Part shown: piece after piece, positions 19,628 through 29,735 of the stretch
Layout: every line of letters starts with the position of its first letter
Numbering within the stretch: the first letter of the stretch is position 1
Position numbers and translations under genes: made by a program
NCBI GenBank assembly: GCA_050173015.1
Contig: JBFXLE010000016.1
Coordinates: forward strand, 1-64,000
Length of the DNA: 64,000 nt
Direction: 5' to 3'
DNA from: Calditrichaceae bacterium
GTDB taxonomy: Bacteria > Calditrichota > Calditrichia > Calditrichales > JBFXGD01
Notes under the pieces: model-generated
Databases searched by the model: none
The model's input: the letters and a program-made list of their open reading frames with translations, nothing else
Told to the model about the DNA's origin: nothing

Positions 19628-19694
19628 TATCATTTTCCGGAAATCGCGGCAAATAAAAACGGATAAAATACTCTATTTTCTCTAAGGAGGGACG

Positions 19695-20069
19695 ATGATT
19701 AAATTCTGGTTTATTACAGCCGCCGTCATTGGCGGGTTAAGTGTGGCGCTGGGGGCGTTTGGCGCTCATGCTTTGAAGGATACGCTGGATGTTTACGGCA
19801 GATCCATTTATGAAAAAGCGGTTTTGTATCAGATGTTTCATACTTTTGCGATTTTTGCCGTCGGTTTTTTGCAGTATCAGTTCCGGCATTTGTCCTTTTC
19901 CCCCGCGGGCTGGGCATTTCTGGCCGGTGTTATTTTATTCTCAGGCAGCCTGTATTTACTGGCGGTCACCGGAATAAAAACACTGGGAGCGATTACACCG
20001 ATCGGAGGGGTCTCATTTATTTTCGGATGGGGATGGCTGATTTTCCAGATGGCGAAAATAAATGAATAG
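19695..20069 (+). CDS. DUF423 (YgdD/TMEM256) membrane protein
   Basis: LGAFGAH, YQMFH, LFSGSLY and GAITPIGG motifs. Confidence 0.92.
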   Translation: MIKFWFITAAVIGGLSVALGAFGAHALKDTLDVYGRSIYEKAVLYQMFHTFAIFAVGFLQYQFRHLSFSPAGWAFLAGVILFSGSLYLLAVTGIKTLGAITPIGGVSFIFGWGWLIFQMAKINE

Positions 20070-20120
20070 AGTAAAGACAAAAGATTATATTATTAATAAG
20101 TAAAACGATGGAGTAATTTG

Positions 20121-22349
20121 ATGAGATTGTTGTCATTTGTTTTAAGTCTCGTTTTGGCTTCCTCTCTGTTCGCGCAGGATAAAATTCTAACCATGGAAGA
20201 TGCTGTTTTTGGCGCGTATAGCCACCTCGCGCCTCAGAAATTATCCCAACTGCAGTGGATACCGGAATCCGATCACTTTGTATATGTGGATTCACTCGAC
20301 GGGCAGTATGGGCTTATCTCCGGAAATGCCGTTTCCAAAGAGAGATCTGTGCTTCTTTCGGCGGATTCTCTGAATGCAAAATTAAGTCTGCTGGGACTTA
20401 AACCGCAAAATAAATTTCCCGGATTCACCTGGCTTGATAAATCCCGCTTTTATTTCTGGCAGGATGAGAATCTGATCGTCTATGATACGGCGCAGCAGAG
20501 AGCCTTGCTCGCCAATCAGATCGAAAAAAACACGCTCAACAAGGATATCGATGAGCATAATTACCATGTCGCCTTTACTATTGAAAATAATCTTTATATT
20601 GCCCTCAGACCCGGACTCATAAAACAGATCACATTCGATACAGATTCAGGAATTCGCAATGGAGACGACTATGTGCATCGCCAGGAATTCGGTATTACCA
20701 AAGGCACTTTCTGGTCGCCAAAAGGCCATTTTTTAGCATTCTATCGTACGGATGAACGGATGGTCACGGAATATCCTCTGGTTGATATCAGCGTCCGGCC
20801 GGCCGCCGTTAAATCCACCCGTTACCCCATGGCCGGTATGACGAGTGAGCAAGTCACCATTGGTATTTATGATCTAAAAACCGGTTCCACCACATTTCTA
20901 CAGACAGGTGAACCAAAGGATCAATATCTCACCAATATTACCTGGAGCCCGGACGAAAAAACGATTTTTGTGGCGCATTTAAACAGGGATCAGAATCATA
21001 TGCGGCTGATCGAGTACGACAGAGTCACAGGCAAGGCCATCCGGACGCTTTTTGAAGAAACCGATCCTAAATATGTGGAACCAGAACAGGGTACGCTCTT
21101 TGTTAAAAACGATCCCACACGATTCCTCTGGTTTTCAAATAGAGACGGATTTAATCATTTGTATTATTATGACAAATCGGGCAAAATGATCCGCCAGATG
21201 ACCAGGGGCAATTTTGATGTACTAAAGCTGCACGGATTTGATAAGGATAGTAAAACCGCGTTTATCACCGCCGCTTCCCCTGATGGGATGGAAAGGCATT
21301 TCTACTCCGTTGAGCTGAATTCCGCGAAAATGAAACGGCTGACCTCCGAAGCGGGTACGCACGCGGTAAAAGTTAATCATACAGGTCAGTATTTTATCGA
21401 TCAGTTCAGCAATCTTAATATCCCGGGAATAACCAAAATATTGAACGGCAAAGGCGGATCCGTACAGACACTTGTGGAATCAGACAATCCCCTTGCCGAA
21501 TATAAGAAAACAGAAATAAAATTTTTAAAACTAAAAAACGGCAGCGGTACTGAGTTGAATGCCAGAATGATCTACCCCGCGGATTTTGATTCAACCAAAA
21601 AATATCCGGTGATCGTTTATGTTTACGGCGGCCCGCACGCGCAGATGGTGGCAAACCGCTGGCTTGGAGGCAGTAATTTATGGTTTATGCATCTTGCCCA
21701 GAAAGGGTACATCATTTTTACTCTCGATAACCGCGGTTCGGCAAACCGGGGCAGGGATTTTGAACAGGCGATTTTCAGAAATCTCGGCAGATATGAAGTT
21801 GAGGACCAGATGGTTGGAGTCGATTTTTTAAAATCTTTAAGCTATGTAGATACGACCAGATTGGGTGTGGACGGATGGAGCTACGGCGGATTTATGACCA
21901 TTTCGATGATGACCCGTCAACCCGGGATTTTTAAAGCGGGTGTAGCCGGCGGACCGGTCATCGATTGGCAATATTATGAAGTGATGTACGGTGAGCGCTA
22001 TATGGATACCCCTGAAAGTAATCCCGAAGGCTATGAAGAAGCAAATCTGCTAAATTATGTTGAGAATCTTGACGGCCACCTGATGATCATTCACGGGACG
22101 ATTGATCCGGTTGTGGTGTGGCAAAACAGTCTGCAATATTTAAAAACGGCTGTAGATAAAGGCAAATTAGCTGATTATTTTGTCTATCCGGGTCACGAGC
22201 ATAATGTTCGGGGAAAAGACCGTGTTCATCTTTACAAAAAGATCACTTCCTATTTTGATCTTTTTCTGAATCCGGAAATTAATAGTTTGGATGATTCCAT
22301 ACCGATGATGAGTACGCACAAAGAACCGCGTAAGAAAAATATTAATTAG
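20121..22349 (+). CDS. Dipeptidyl/prolyl oligopeptidase, S9B family (DPP-IV-like)
   Basis: Signal peptide; VYGGP, GWSYGG, HGTID and HEH catalytic motifs. Confidence 0.92.
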   Translation: MRLLSFVLSLVLASSLFAQDKILTMEDAVFGAYSHLAPQKLSQLQWIPESDHFVYVDSLDGQYGLISGNAVSKERSVLLSADSLNAKLSLLGLKPQNKFPGFTWLDKSRFYFWQDENLIVYDTAQQRALLANQIEKNTLNKDIDEHNYHVAFTIENNLYIALRPGLIKQITFDTDSGIRNGDDYVHRQEFGITKGTFWSPKGHFLAFYRTDERMVTEYPLVDISVRPAAVKSTRYPMAGMTSEQVTIGIYDLKTGSTTFLQTGEPKDQYLTNITWSPDEKTIFVAHLNRDQNHMRLIEYDRVTGKAIRTLFEETDPKYVEPEQGTLFVKNDPTRFLWFSNRDGFNHLYYYDKSGKMIRQMTRGNFDVLKLHGFDKDSKTAFITAASPDGMERHFYSVELNSAKMKRLTSEAGTHAVKVNHTGQYFIDQFSNLNIPGITKILNGKGGSVQTLVESDNPLAEYKKTEIKFLKLKNGSGTELNARMIYPADFDSTKKYPVIVYVYGGPHAQMVANRWLGGSNLWFMHLAQKGYIIFTLDNRGSANRGRDFEQAIFRNLGRYEVEDQMVGVDFLKSLSYVDTTRLGVDGWSYGGFMTISMMTRQPGIFKAGVAGGPVIDWQYYEVMYGERYMDTPESNPEGYEEANLLNYVENLDGHLMIIHGTIDPVVVWQNSLQYLKTAVDKGKLADYFVYPGHEHNVRGKDRVHLYKKITSYFDLFLNPEINSLDDSIPMMSTHKEPRKKNIN

Positions 22350-22399
22350 AAGGGCGTTGAAAAAGAAGAGGCTGTCCGGTAGGGGGTAATCTCAAATTA

Positions 22400-22614
22400 G
22401 GCTAAAGCCAACTCTTGCCGGGTTCCGGGCTCTCCACGAGCTAAAGCACGTGGCTATATAATTGATGAACAGCCCGGGATGAAGTTTACCGGCCATTCAT
22501 TGACCCGGTCTTTAGATCGGGGATAAAAAACAAGATTCACCGTACCCGGGCTTTAGCCCAAATCTGGCTTATTACAGAACAGTCCACGAACTAAAGCACG
22601 TGGCTATATAATTG
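22400..22614. repeat. REP-like cluster of CTAAAG/CTTTAG-loop hairpins
   Basis: TCCACGA(G/A)CTAAAGCACGTGGCTATATAATTG at 22433-22464 and 22583-22614; GGCTAAAGCC, GGGCTTTAGCCC. Confidence 0.8.
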
Positions 22615-22654
22615 GTTAGCGTTGTCAGGGTAAGCATCAAATGATATTTAAAAT

Positions 22655-22694
22655 AAAAAAAAGAGGCCGACCTTTTCAGGCAGCCTCTTTTTTT
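22655..22694. terminator. Bidirectional intrinsic terminator between convergent genes
   Basis: A-tract, GAGGC..GCCTC stem, T-tract. Confidence 0.75.
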
Positions 22695-22707
22695 ATTCAT
22701 TGAGTAT

Positions 22708-24162
22708 TTATTTAATCTCGCGTAATACCTCAAGCAGATAATCCCAGGTATGCGCCACAGAACTGACTTTCACCCTTTCATCCGGTGAATGGGCTCCTTC
22801 AATATCCGGCCCGAAAGAAATCATATCCATTCCGTCATAATGTTCACCGATTATACCGCATTCCAGCCCGGCGTGAATCGCTTTCACATCAGGTTCACTT
22901 TTATATTTATTCGCGTAAATGGATTTGCACACTTTGAGCAATTCAGAATCGGGATTCGGCGCCCATGCCGGATACCCGCCGCCCTGTTCAACCTTAAATC
23001 CGCTCAGTTCACCAAGCGCCTTAATTTTATCCGCTATGTCCGCCACCGCGCTGGCAACGGAAGAACGCTGACTGGTAAGCAATTCAACATTATCCTTTTT
23101 GGTCTCAACGATAGCCATATTTGTGGAGGTTTCCACCAATCCGGCCACCGCGTGACTCATGGTCATCACTCCGTGCGGCATGGCGTAAATCATTTTAACC
23201 AACTGATCTTTTAAATCATTATTGAAAACATTCTTTACCGCGTCACACTTCTCAATGGTTACTTTTACATCTTTATCCACAAACTTTAATTCTTCTTTAT
23301 AAATCGCGTCATACTCCGTGACCAATTTTTTCATGGTATCCAAAGTTGAACCGGATAAAACGATAACGGCGTCCGCTTCCCGTGGTATGGCGTTATGTTT
23401 GTTTCCGCCGTTGATTGAAGCGAGTTGAAAATCGACGGATAATCCCGCCTGATATAATAAACGGGCCAGCAATTTGATGGCGTTGCCAAAGTCTTCGCTA
23501 ATATTTAAACCGGAATGCCCGCCTCTAAGACCTGAAACTTTCACCCTATACGCGGTGCCGTCGGCTTTGGGAGATTGCCAGTCAATGTTTCTTTTCAATA
23601 TGGTGTGCTGTCCGCCGGCGCAGCCGATGTAGAGCGCGCCTTCTTCTTCGGAATCAAGATTCAGCAGAATACGGCCGTTCACGAAATCATTTTTTAGCTC
23701 ATTGGCTCCCGTTAATCCGGTTTCTTCATCAACCGTAAAAAGGAACTCCATCGGCGGATGTGTAAGCGTGTTATCGTCCATCACCGCAAGCGCCATGGCC
23801 ACGCCGATCCCGTTATCGGCTCCAAGAGTCGTACCGTCGGCTTTCATCCATTCCCCGTCGCGGACAAACCTTATCGGATCTTTTGAAAAATCATGAACCG
23901 TGTCATTGTTTTTTTCGCAAACCATGTCAATATGGCCCTGAATCACAACGCCGGGTCTTTTTTCCATACCCTTTGACGCCGGTTTTGAAATAATGATATT
24001 ACCTACGCTGTCTTTTTTCCAGGGAAGATTTTTTTTCTTCGCGACTTCTATAAGATATTGTCCCACCGCTTCTTCATTTCCGGAACATCTTGGGATCTGG
24101 CTGATTTGGTAAAAATGTTCCCACACTAACCCAGGCTCCAGGCCGGCTATAACTTCCTTCAC
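22708..24162 (-). CDS. pepD: Aminoacyl-histidine dipeptidase (M20C)
   Basis: QGHIDMVCEK, TTLGADNGIG, DEETG, HAGLECG and HSPDE motifs; AGGAG RBS favours GTG 24162. Confidence 0.93.
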   Translation of the reverse strand: MKEVIAGLEPGLVWEHFYQISQIPRCSGNEEAVGQYLIEVAKKKNLPWKKDSVGNIIISKPASKGMEKRPGVVIQGHIDMVCEKNNDTVHDFSKDPIRFVRDGEWMKADGTTLGADNGIGVAMALAVMDDNTLTHPPMEFLFTVDEETGLTGANELKNDFVNGRILLNLDSEEEGALYIGCAGGQHTILKRNIDWQSPKADGTAYRVKVSGLRGGHSGLNISEDFGNAIKLLARLLYQAGLSVDFQLASINGGNKHNAIPREADAVIVLSGSTLDTMKKLVTEYDAIYKEELKFVDKDVKVTIEKCDAVKNVFNNDLKDQLVKMIYAMPHGVMTMSHAVAGLVETSTNMAIVETKKDNVELLTSQRSSVASAVADIADKIKALGELSGFKVEQGGGYPAWAPNPDSELLKVCKSIYANKYKSEPDVKAIHAGLECGIIGEHYDGMDMISFGPDIEGAHSPDERVKVSSVAHTWDYLLEVLREIK

Positions 24163-24347
24163 AATTGGCTCCTTTCTAACATGTTTTAGCTTAATCAACG
24201 ATTTAGAAGATACTGAATAATTAATAAAATAAAAACACTTTATTGGGAATTATTTCTCATTAAATTAATCTTGCATACCATTAAACACACAGTTATTATG
24301 CCTTAAATTACTTATTAATCACCGGCATCATATAAAGAGATATAAAT

Positions 24348-26480
24348 ATGAAGACAAAAACGATATCCGTTATTCCGGCAAAGTCAAAAAAAAGCAACAA
24401 CAAATATAGGATTTTAAGCGGGAGGCCGAATCCGCCCGGAGCAATCCTTCTGAGAAACGGGATCAATTTTTCTCTGTTTTCCAAAGGAGCAAAAGCGGTA
24501 TCCATCGTTATCTACCCTGACTGCGACAGGGACGCTAGCTTTGAGTTTGAACTCGATCCTGATCTTAACCGGACCGGAAACATTTGGCATGCTTTCATAA
24601 CTAACCTCGATCCCGGTGTTCGATACGGATTCAGAATTAAAAGAGAAGATCTTCCCGAGGTAGAACGTATCATTCTCCTTGATCCATACTCGAGAGCCAC
24701 CTGCGGCGGACGAGTTTGGGGAAATCCCGTTAAAATCACACGTGACAATAAAAAACACACCTTTCGTTTATCGATCATTCCGGAGGAAGATTTTGACTGG
24801 AAATCGGAGCGCCCGCTGAAAACACCACTGAAAGATACCATAATTTACGAATTGCATGTCCGCGGATTCACCCGGCACTCATCATCCGGCGTGACGGCTC
24901 CGGGAACATTTAAGGGATTGACTGAAAAAATACCCTATCTAAAAGAGCTTGGGATAACGGCGGTGGAACTGATGCCGGTCACTGATTATGATGAAACGGC
25001 CATCGACAGAATTGATCCGATCAGTGGCAAGCCCCTTTTTAATTTCTGGGGTTATGATCCGTTCACATTCTTCGCTTTGAAATCTTCATACGCCAGCAAC
25101 AATGAAAATGGCGCCGAGGTGACCGAATTTAAGAAAATGGTAAAGGCGTTTCATAAGGCGGGGATTGAAGTACTATTGGATATGGTTTTTAATCATACCG
25201 CGGAAGGCAACGAGATCGGTCCTGTCTATAATTTCAAAGGACTTGAACCCACCGTTTATTATATGATTGAGCCAAAAACAAACCGGTTTTACAACTTTTC
25301 CGGGTGCGGCAATACCGTGAACTGCAATCATCCGATTGTCCGGGGCATGATCATCGACAGCCTCCGCTACTGGGTCACGGAAATGCATGTGGATGGTTTC
25401 CGCTTTGATCTCGCTTCCATTCTCGGAAGGGGGCGTGACGGCGAAGTGCTGTCCAATCCGCCGCTTATCGAACGAATGGCTGAGGATCCGCTTCTTGCCA
25501 ACACAAAATTAATTGCCGAAGCATGGGACGCCGCCGGACTTTATCAGGTTGGCGACTTCCCCGCGTGGCAAAGATGGATGGAATGGAACGGTAAATTTCG
25601 GGATGACATCCGTCAGTTCGTTAAGGGCGATCCGGGAATGGTTCCGAATCTGGCTACACGGGTCGCCGGGAGTTCTGATCTTTACCAGGATGACGGCAGG
25701 GAACCCTTTCACAGCGTTAATTTTGTGACCTGTCATGACGGATTTACTCTGGCTGATCTTGTTTCCTACAATGAAAAGCACAATTTGGCGAACGGTGAGA
25801 ATAATCGTGATGGTTCCGATTATAATATAAGCTGGAATTGCGGCGTTGAGGGGCCCACCGATTCTGACGAAATCAATGAACTCAGACGACGTCAGATGAA
25901 AAATTTTGCCGCCATTCTGCTTCTTTCCCAGGGCGTGCCTATGATTACCGCCGGCGATGAGATTGGCCGTTCGCAGTCCGGTAATAACAACGCGTATTGT
26001 CAGGATAATGAATTAAACTGGATAGACTGGGAATTAGCTGAGCAAAACGCCGATCTACTCAGATTCTTTAAAACCCTTATTCATTTCAGGAAAAACCATT
26101 CCGCCTTACGACGGTCACAATTTCAGGTTGAGATGGTGGACGGCGTGCCTGAAATGAGCTGGCACGGATTCCGGACCGGCCAACCTGACTGGTCAGATGA
26201 TTCACGATCACTCGCATTACATATGACCGGAGATAAAAGCGGGTCCACCCCCGGCATGAATGATTTATACATTATTTTTAATATGGATTGGGAAGAACAC
26301 GACTTTGAGCTTCCGGGATTGACAAAAAACAGAAAATGGTACCGGGTGATGGATACTTCGCTCGACGCGCCTTCAGATGTTCTTGAAGAGGGAAAGGAAG
26401 CTCTTCTCGATTCTCAAAGCCATTATCCCGCTAAATCCAGATCGACCGTACTTCTCCTCGGGAGGTCCCGGGCTGATTGA
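24348..26480 (+). CDS. glgX: Glycogen debranching enzyme / isoamylase
   Basis: IYELHVRGFT, NFWGY, VDGFRFDLA, IAEAWD, CHDGFTL and GNNNAYCQDN motifs. Confidence 0.93.
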   Translation: MKTKTISVIPAKSKKSNNKYRILSGRPNPPGAILLRNGINFSLFSKGAKAVSIVIYPDCDRDASFEFELDPDLNRTGNIWHAFITNLDPGVRYGFRIKREDLPEVERIILLDPYSRATCGGRVWGNPVKITRDNKKHTFRLSIIPEEDFDWKSERPLKTPLKDTIIYELHVRGFTRHSSSGVTAPGTFKGLTEKIPYLKELGITAVELMPVTDYDETAIDRIDPISGKPLFNFWGYDPFTFFALKSSYASNNENGAEVTEFKKMVKAFHKAGIEVLLDMVFNHTAEGNEIGPVYNFKGLEPTVYYMIEPKTNRFYNFSGCGNTVNCNHPIVRGMIIDSLRYWVTEMHVDGFRFDLASILGRGRDGEVLSNPPLIERMAEDPLLANTKLIAEAWDAAGLYQVGDFPAWQRWMEWNGKFRDDIRQFVKGDPGMVPNLATRVAGSSDLYQDDGREPFHSVNFVTCHDGFTLADLVSYNEKHNLANGENNRDGSDYNISWNCGVEGPTDSDEINELRRRQMKNFAAILLLSQGVPMITAGDEIGRSQSGNNNAYCQDNELNWIDWELAEQNADLLRFFKTLIHFRKNHSALRRSQFQVEMVDGVPEMSWHGFRTGQPDWSDDSRSLALHMTGDKSGSTPGMNDLYIIFNMDWEEHDFELPGLTKNRKWYRVMDTSLDAPSDVLEEGKEALLDSQSHYPAKSRSTVLLLGRSRAD

Positions 26481-26482
26481 AT

Positions 26483-27868
26483 TTAGAAAAAGAACCGTAC
26501 CACCTGAGCCACGATAAATGTTACGATAAAAGCCAGGGACAGCGGCATTAATGCCGCGATGGTTGTCCATTTCGCGCTTTTTGTTTCTTTCCAGATGGTC
26601 AGGATTGTTGTGGAACACGGATTATGCAACAGTGAGAACAGCATCAAATTCACCGCGGTGAGCATGGTCCATCCCGCGTTTCCGACCAATAGCTCTTTCA
26701 GCTGAGCAAGATTCGAAATTTCTATCATCGTCGAGGTATTGGCGTAAGCCATTAAAATGGTCGGAACCACAATTTCATTCGCCGGAATCGCGACGATATA
26801 CGCGAGCAGAATAACCCCGTCCAGTCCAAGCAAATGACCAAAGGGATCCAGGAATCCGGCTACCCAGTAGGTCAGCGAATGCCCGTCAACCATGATATTC
26901 CCAAGCAGCCAGATGATACCCCCTGCAGGGGCCGCCATGAGAATCGCCCGCCACAGTACAAAAATGGTACGATCGATAATCGAAGTATATAATATTCTCA
27001 AAAAATTCGGTCTGCGATACGGCGGCAGCTCAAGCGTGAAACTGCTCGCTTCTCCTTTAAGAATGGTTTTTGACAGTACCCAGGATACCACAAAGGTAAA
27101 CAGCACGCCAACGAGTACAATCCCCATGACCGAGCCTGCCGCCACTAATGAGGCGAATTCCGGCGGAAAGGCGGCCGCGACAAAAACAACCGAAAGCATA
27201 ATCAGCGTCGGAAATCTGCCGTTGCACGGGACAAAGTTATTGGTAAGAATCGCTATGAGCCGTTCTCTCGGGGATTCTATAATACGGGTCGATACTATCG
27301 CGGCGGCATTACATCCAAAACCCATGCTCATCGTGAGTGACTGTTTTCCGTGCGCGCCCGCCTTTTTGAAAAGCCAGTCCAGGTTAAACGCCACACGGGG
27401 CAGATAGCCGAAATCTTCCAGAATGGTGAACACAGGAAAAAATATCATCATTGGAGGCAGCATCACGGATATGACCCATGCCAGACCTTTATAAACACCG
27501 TGGATTAAAAATCCGGTTATCCACCATGGAATATTTACCGAGTTCATCAGTCCGGCTATCTGATCCTCAAGCCAGAAGAATCCCGTCGCCAGCATCTGTG
27601 AAGGATAATTCGCGCCGATTATAGTGAGCCAGAAAACAATAGCCAGCAAAAAAAACATAATCGGAAGGCCAAGGAACGGGGATGTGAGTATCCGGTCAAT
27701 TTTCTGATCTACATCATATTTTTTTTGGGATGTAATATTTACAGATTTCTCATAGATGGACTCGACGTTTTTATATATATCAACAACAAATACATCTCTG
27801 AAATTTGAGTCAAGCCGACTGCGTATGCCATCCGCTTTTTTGATTAATTCCATTCCGGTTTGATTCAT
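26483..27868 (-). CDS. feoB: FeoB membrane (Gate) domain protein, C-terminal half of a split FeoB
   Basis: LEDFGYLPRVAF, GFGCNA, FVPCNGRF, LELPPYRRP and PCSTT motifs. Confidence 0.9.
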   Translation of the reverse strand: MNQTGMELIKKADGIRSRLDSNFRDVFVVDIYKNVESIYEKSVNITSQKKYDVDQKIDRILTSPFLGLPIMFFLLAIVFWLTIIGANYPSQMLATGFFWLEDQIAGLMNSVNIPWWITGFLIHGVYKGLAWVISVMLPPMMIFFPVFTILEDFGYLPRVAFNLDWLFKKAGAHGKQSLTMSMGFGCNAAAIVSTRIIESPRERLIAILTNNFVPCNGRFPTLIMLSVVFVAAAFPPEFASLVAAGSVMGIVLVGVLFTFVVSWVLSKTILKGEASSFTLELPPYRRPNFLRILYTSIIDRTIFVLWRAILMAAPAGGIIWLLGNIMVDGHSLTYWVAGFLDPFGHLLGLDGVILLAYIVAIPANEIVVPTILMAYANTSTMIEISNLAQLKELLVGNAGWTMLTAVNLMLFSLLHNPCSTTILTIWKETKSAKWTTIAALMPLSLAFIVTFIVAQVVRFFF

Positions 27869-28680
27869 ACCGTCGCCTCCTTGATGGTGTCAAACAGGGA
27901 TTCCCCTAAAAATACATTCCACTCTCCTTTTTCCAGCGCTTTCTGGACTTTGATATCTCCATCCAGCAGACGCATGGCGACCCAACGGGCATTCGGCAAA
28001 TCAGGAAATATTTTTCTTATCTCCGGCACAAGTTCATCAAGTGCCGACTGAATTTTTTGACTCACTTTTATCCGGTATGGTTTTGTCTTAATACTGCCGT
28101 CAATAACCCCGGCTACGCTTTCAAGAAGCAGATTTAATCCTTGACCGTTACGGGCGATTGTCGGAATCACCGGAACGCCGAGATCCTTTGACAGCCTTCG
28201 GTGATCCACTTCCACCCCTTTTCGCTTGGCCTCATCTATCAGATTCAGACTGATAACGACTTTATCCGTTATCTCCAAAATCTGAAGCAGAAGATTCAGA
28301 TTTCTTTCAAGAACAGAGGCATCTGTCACTACGATTGTGCAATCCGGCTGGCCAAACAGAAGAAAATCTCTTGCTACCTCCTCATCGACTGAGGCCGACA
28401 ACAAGGAATATGTTCCCGGCAGATCCACCAGTTTATAAGTGTGACCTCCCCATTTTAATCCGCCTTCCGCCCTGGTAACCGTTTTACCCGGCCAGTTTCC
28501 CGTATGCTGCTTTAAACCGGTAAGCTGGTTAAAGACCGTGCTTTTCCCGGTATTTGGATTACCGGCCAGCGCGATGACATGATCCCATTTATCCACTTCG
28601 ATACCTAATTGCTGAAGATTAAATCCACAGGTATCGCACGCGCTTCCCATATTTATTTTAAAATCTTTCTTTTCACTCAT
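27865..28680 (-). CDS. feoB: FeoB GTPase domain protein, N-terminal half of a split FeoB
   Basis: GNPNTGKS, GNWPGKTV and DLPGTYSL motifs; ATGA overlap with the next gene. Confidence 0.9.
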   Translation of the reverse strand: MSEKKDFKINMGSACDTCGFNLQQLGIEVDKWDHVIALAGNPNTGKSTVFNQLTGLKQHTGNWPGKTVTRAEGGLKWGGHTYKLVDLPGTYSLLSASVDEEVARDFLLFGQPDCTIVVTDASVLERNLNLLLQILEITDKVVISLNLIDEAKRKGVEVDHRRLSKDLGVPVIPTIARNGQGLNLLLESVAGVIDGSIKTKPYRIKVSQKIQSALDELVPEIRKIFPDLPNARWVAMRLLDGDIKVQKALEKGEWNVFLGESLFDTIKEATV

Positions 28681-28726
28681 AGTTAGCGACTCTCATTCTT
28701 TTGAACTGCCGGTAAATGATGATTTT

Positions 28727-29713
28727 CTATAGTCTTTCTATGTAAATATCCTTTGCCTGTTCTCTTCGCAAAGCGATTTTCGCTCCTCTTACAAAATAAG
28801 CGGTCGGATCCCCGCCGAATGAGCTGCGCAAAACGGTGGCAATTCGCACACCCGGCGTGATCCCGAGATCAAGAAGACGGCGTCTCGCCAAACCCTGCAA
28901 ATTATTGGAAATCCCCGCTATAACCGCCGATTCACTTTCCTCGAGCTCATCAAGAGTGTCATACGCGGCGATCTCACCGTCAGGATGTCTTGTAACCTGG
29001 ATATTATTCGCCGAAAACATGTCAAGTGTAATTTTTTTGTCCCGGTACAATACATCCAGTTCACGTTTTTTTCTATCCAAGATTTTTATCTTCGTATCAA
29101 CGCGCAAACCCAGTTTAAATAATTTTTTGCTGAGGTCTGCCGGTTCATCCTCAATATGTGATATGAGCGCTTCTTCCCCAACGGGCCAGTCAGAGAGAAA
29201 TTCCGCGTCAAGTTGAGCTAATTTCCCTTCTCGTGTCGGAATCGGATCGCCATGGGGATCAAAAGCCGGAAAACCGAGATGCGCGTTTAGCGCTTCCAGC
29301 CGTTCTCCGCGTATATGATGCTCTTCATTATCCGCGTATTTGTGAATTTTGTGAATCGGCACATCAGTCTCATGCTGCAGATAGGTTTCCCATAACCGGT
29401 GCGCGCGTATAATTTCGAGTACCAGGATACGTCCTTTTTCCAGCAAATCGATGCCCCCGTGCCGCAGTTCCACCAAATCCATATCCTCAAGCAGATCCAC
29501 CAGTTTCATCACCTTTCCCGCAGAAAGCGACAAATGCCCCTTTAGACTTTCCACGGTTGCCCGGCTGCCCGATTCAATTCGGTGGTATATAAATTTAAGG
29601 GCATCTTCGTAGTACACGCGGGTTAAGCGGAAGTTCTTTTCCCTTTCGCGCTTGACGATCAGGTATAGAAACACCGCGGCTAAAATAAAACTTACCGAAT
29701 AGATAAAGTACAT
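28727..29713 (-). CDS. DtxR/MntR-like protein with N-terminal TM helix and two FeoA domains
   Basis: Hydrophobic first ~20 aa; IRAHRLWETYL, EH, DPHGDPIP; C-terminal RRRLLDLGITPG..GDPTAY..ALRREQA. Confidence 0.85.
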   Translation of the reverse strand: MYFIYSVSFILAAVFLYLIVKREREKNFRLTRVYYEDALKFIYHRIESGSRATVESLKGHLSLSAGKVMKLVDLLEDMDLVELRHGGIDLLEKGRILVLEIIRAHRLWETYLQHETDVPIHKIHKYADNEEHHIRGERLEALNAHLGFPAFDPHGDPIPTREGKLAQLDAEFLSDWPVGEEALISHIEDEPADLSKKLFKLGLRVDTKIKILDRKKRELDVLYRDKKITLDMFSANNIQVTRHPDGEIAAYDTLDELEESESAVIAGISNNLQGLARRRLLDLGITPGVRIATVLRSSFGGDPTAYFVRGAKIALRREQAKDIYIERL

Positions 29714-29735
29714 AAATTCCCTTGCCGATTGACCG

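Noticed and set aside
22270-22349. Unusual C-terminal tail on the DPP-IV-like peptidase
   Set aside because: About 25 extra residues after the usual end; could be simple stop drift and cannot be judged without orthologues.
27860-27870. feoB frameshift pseudogene
   Set aside because: The second half has its own GGAGG RBS and an ATGA overlap, and both halves keep their motifs, consistent with a genuine split gene.
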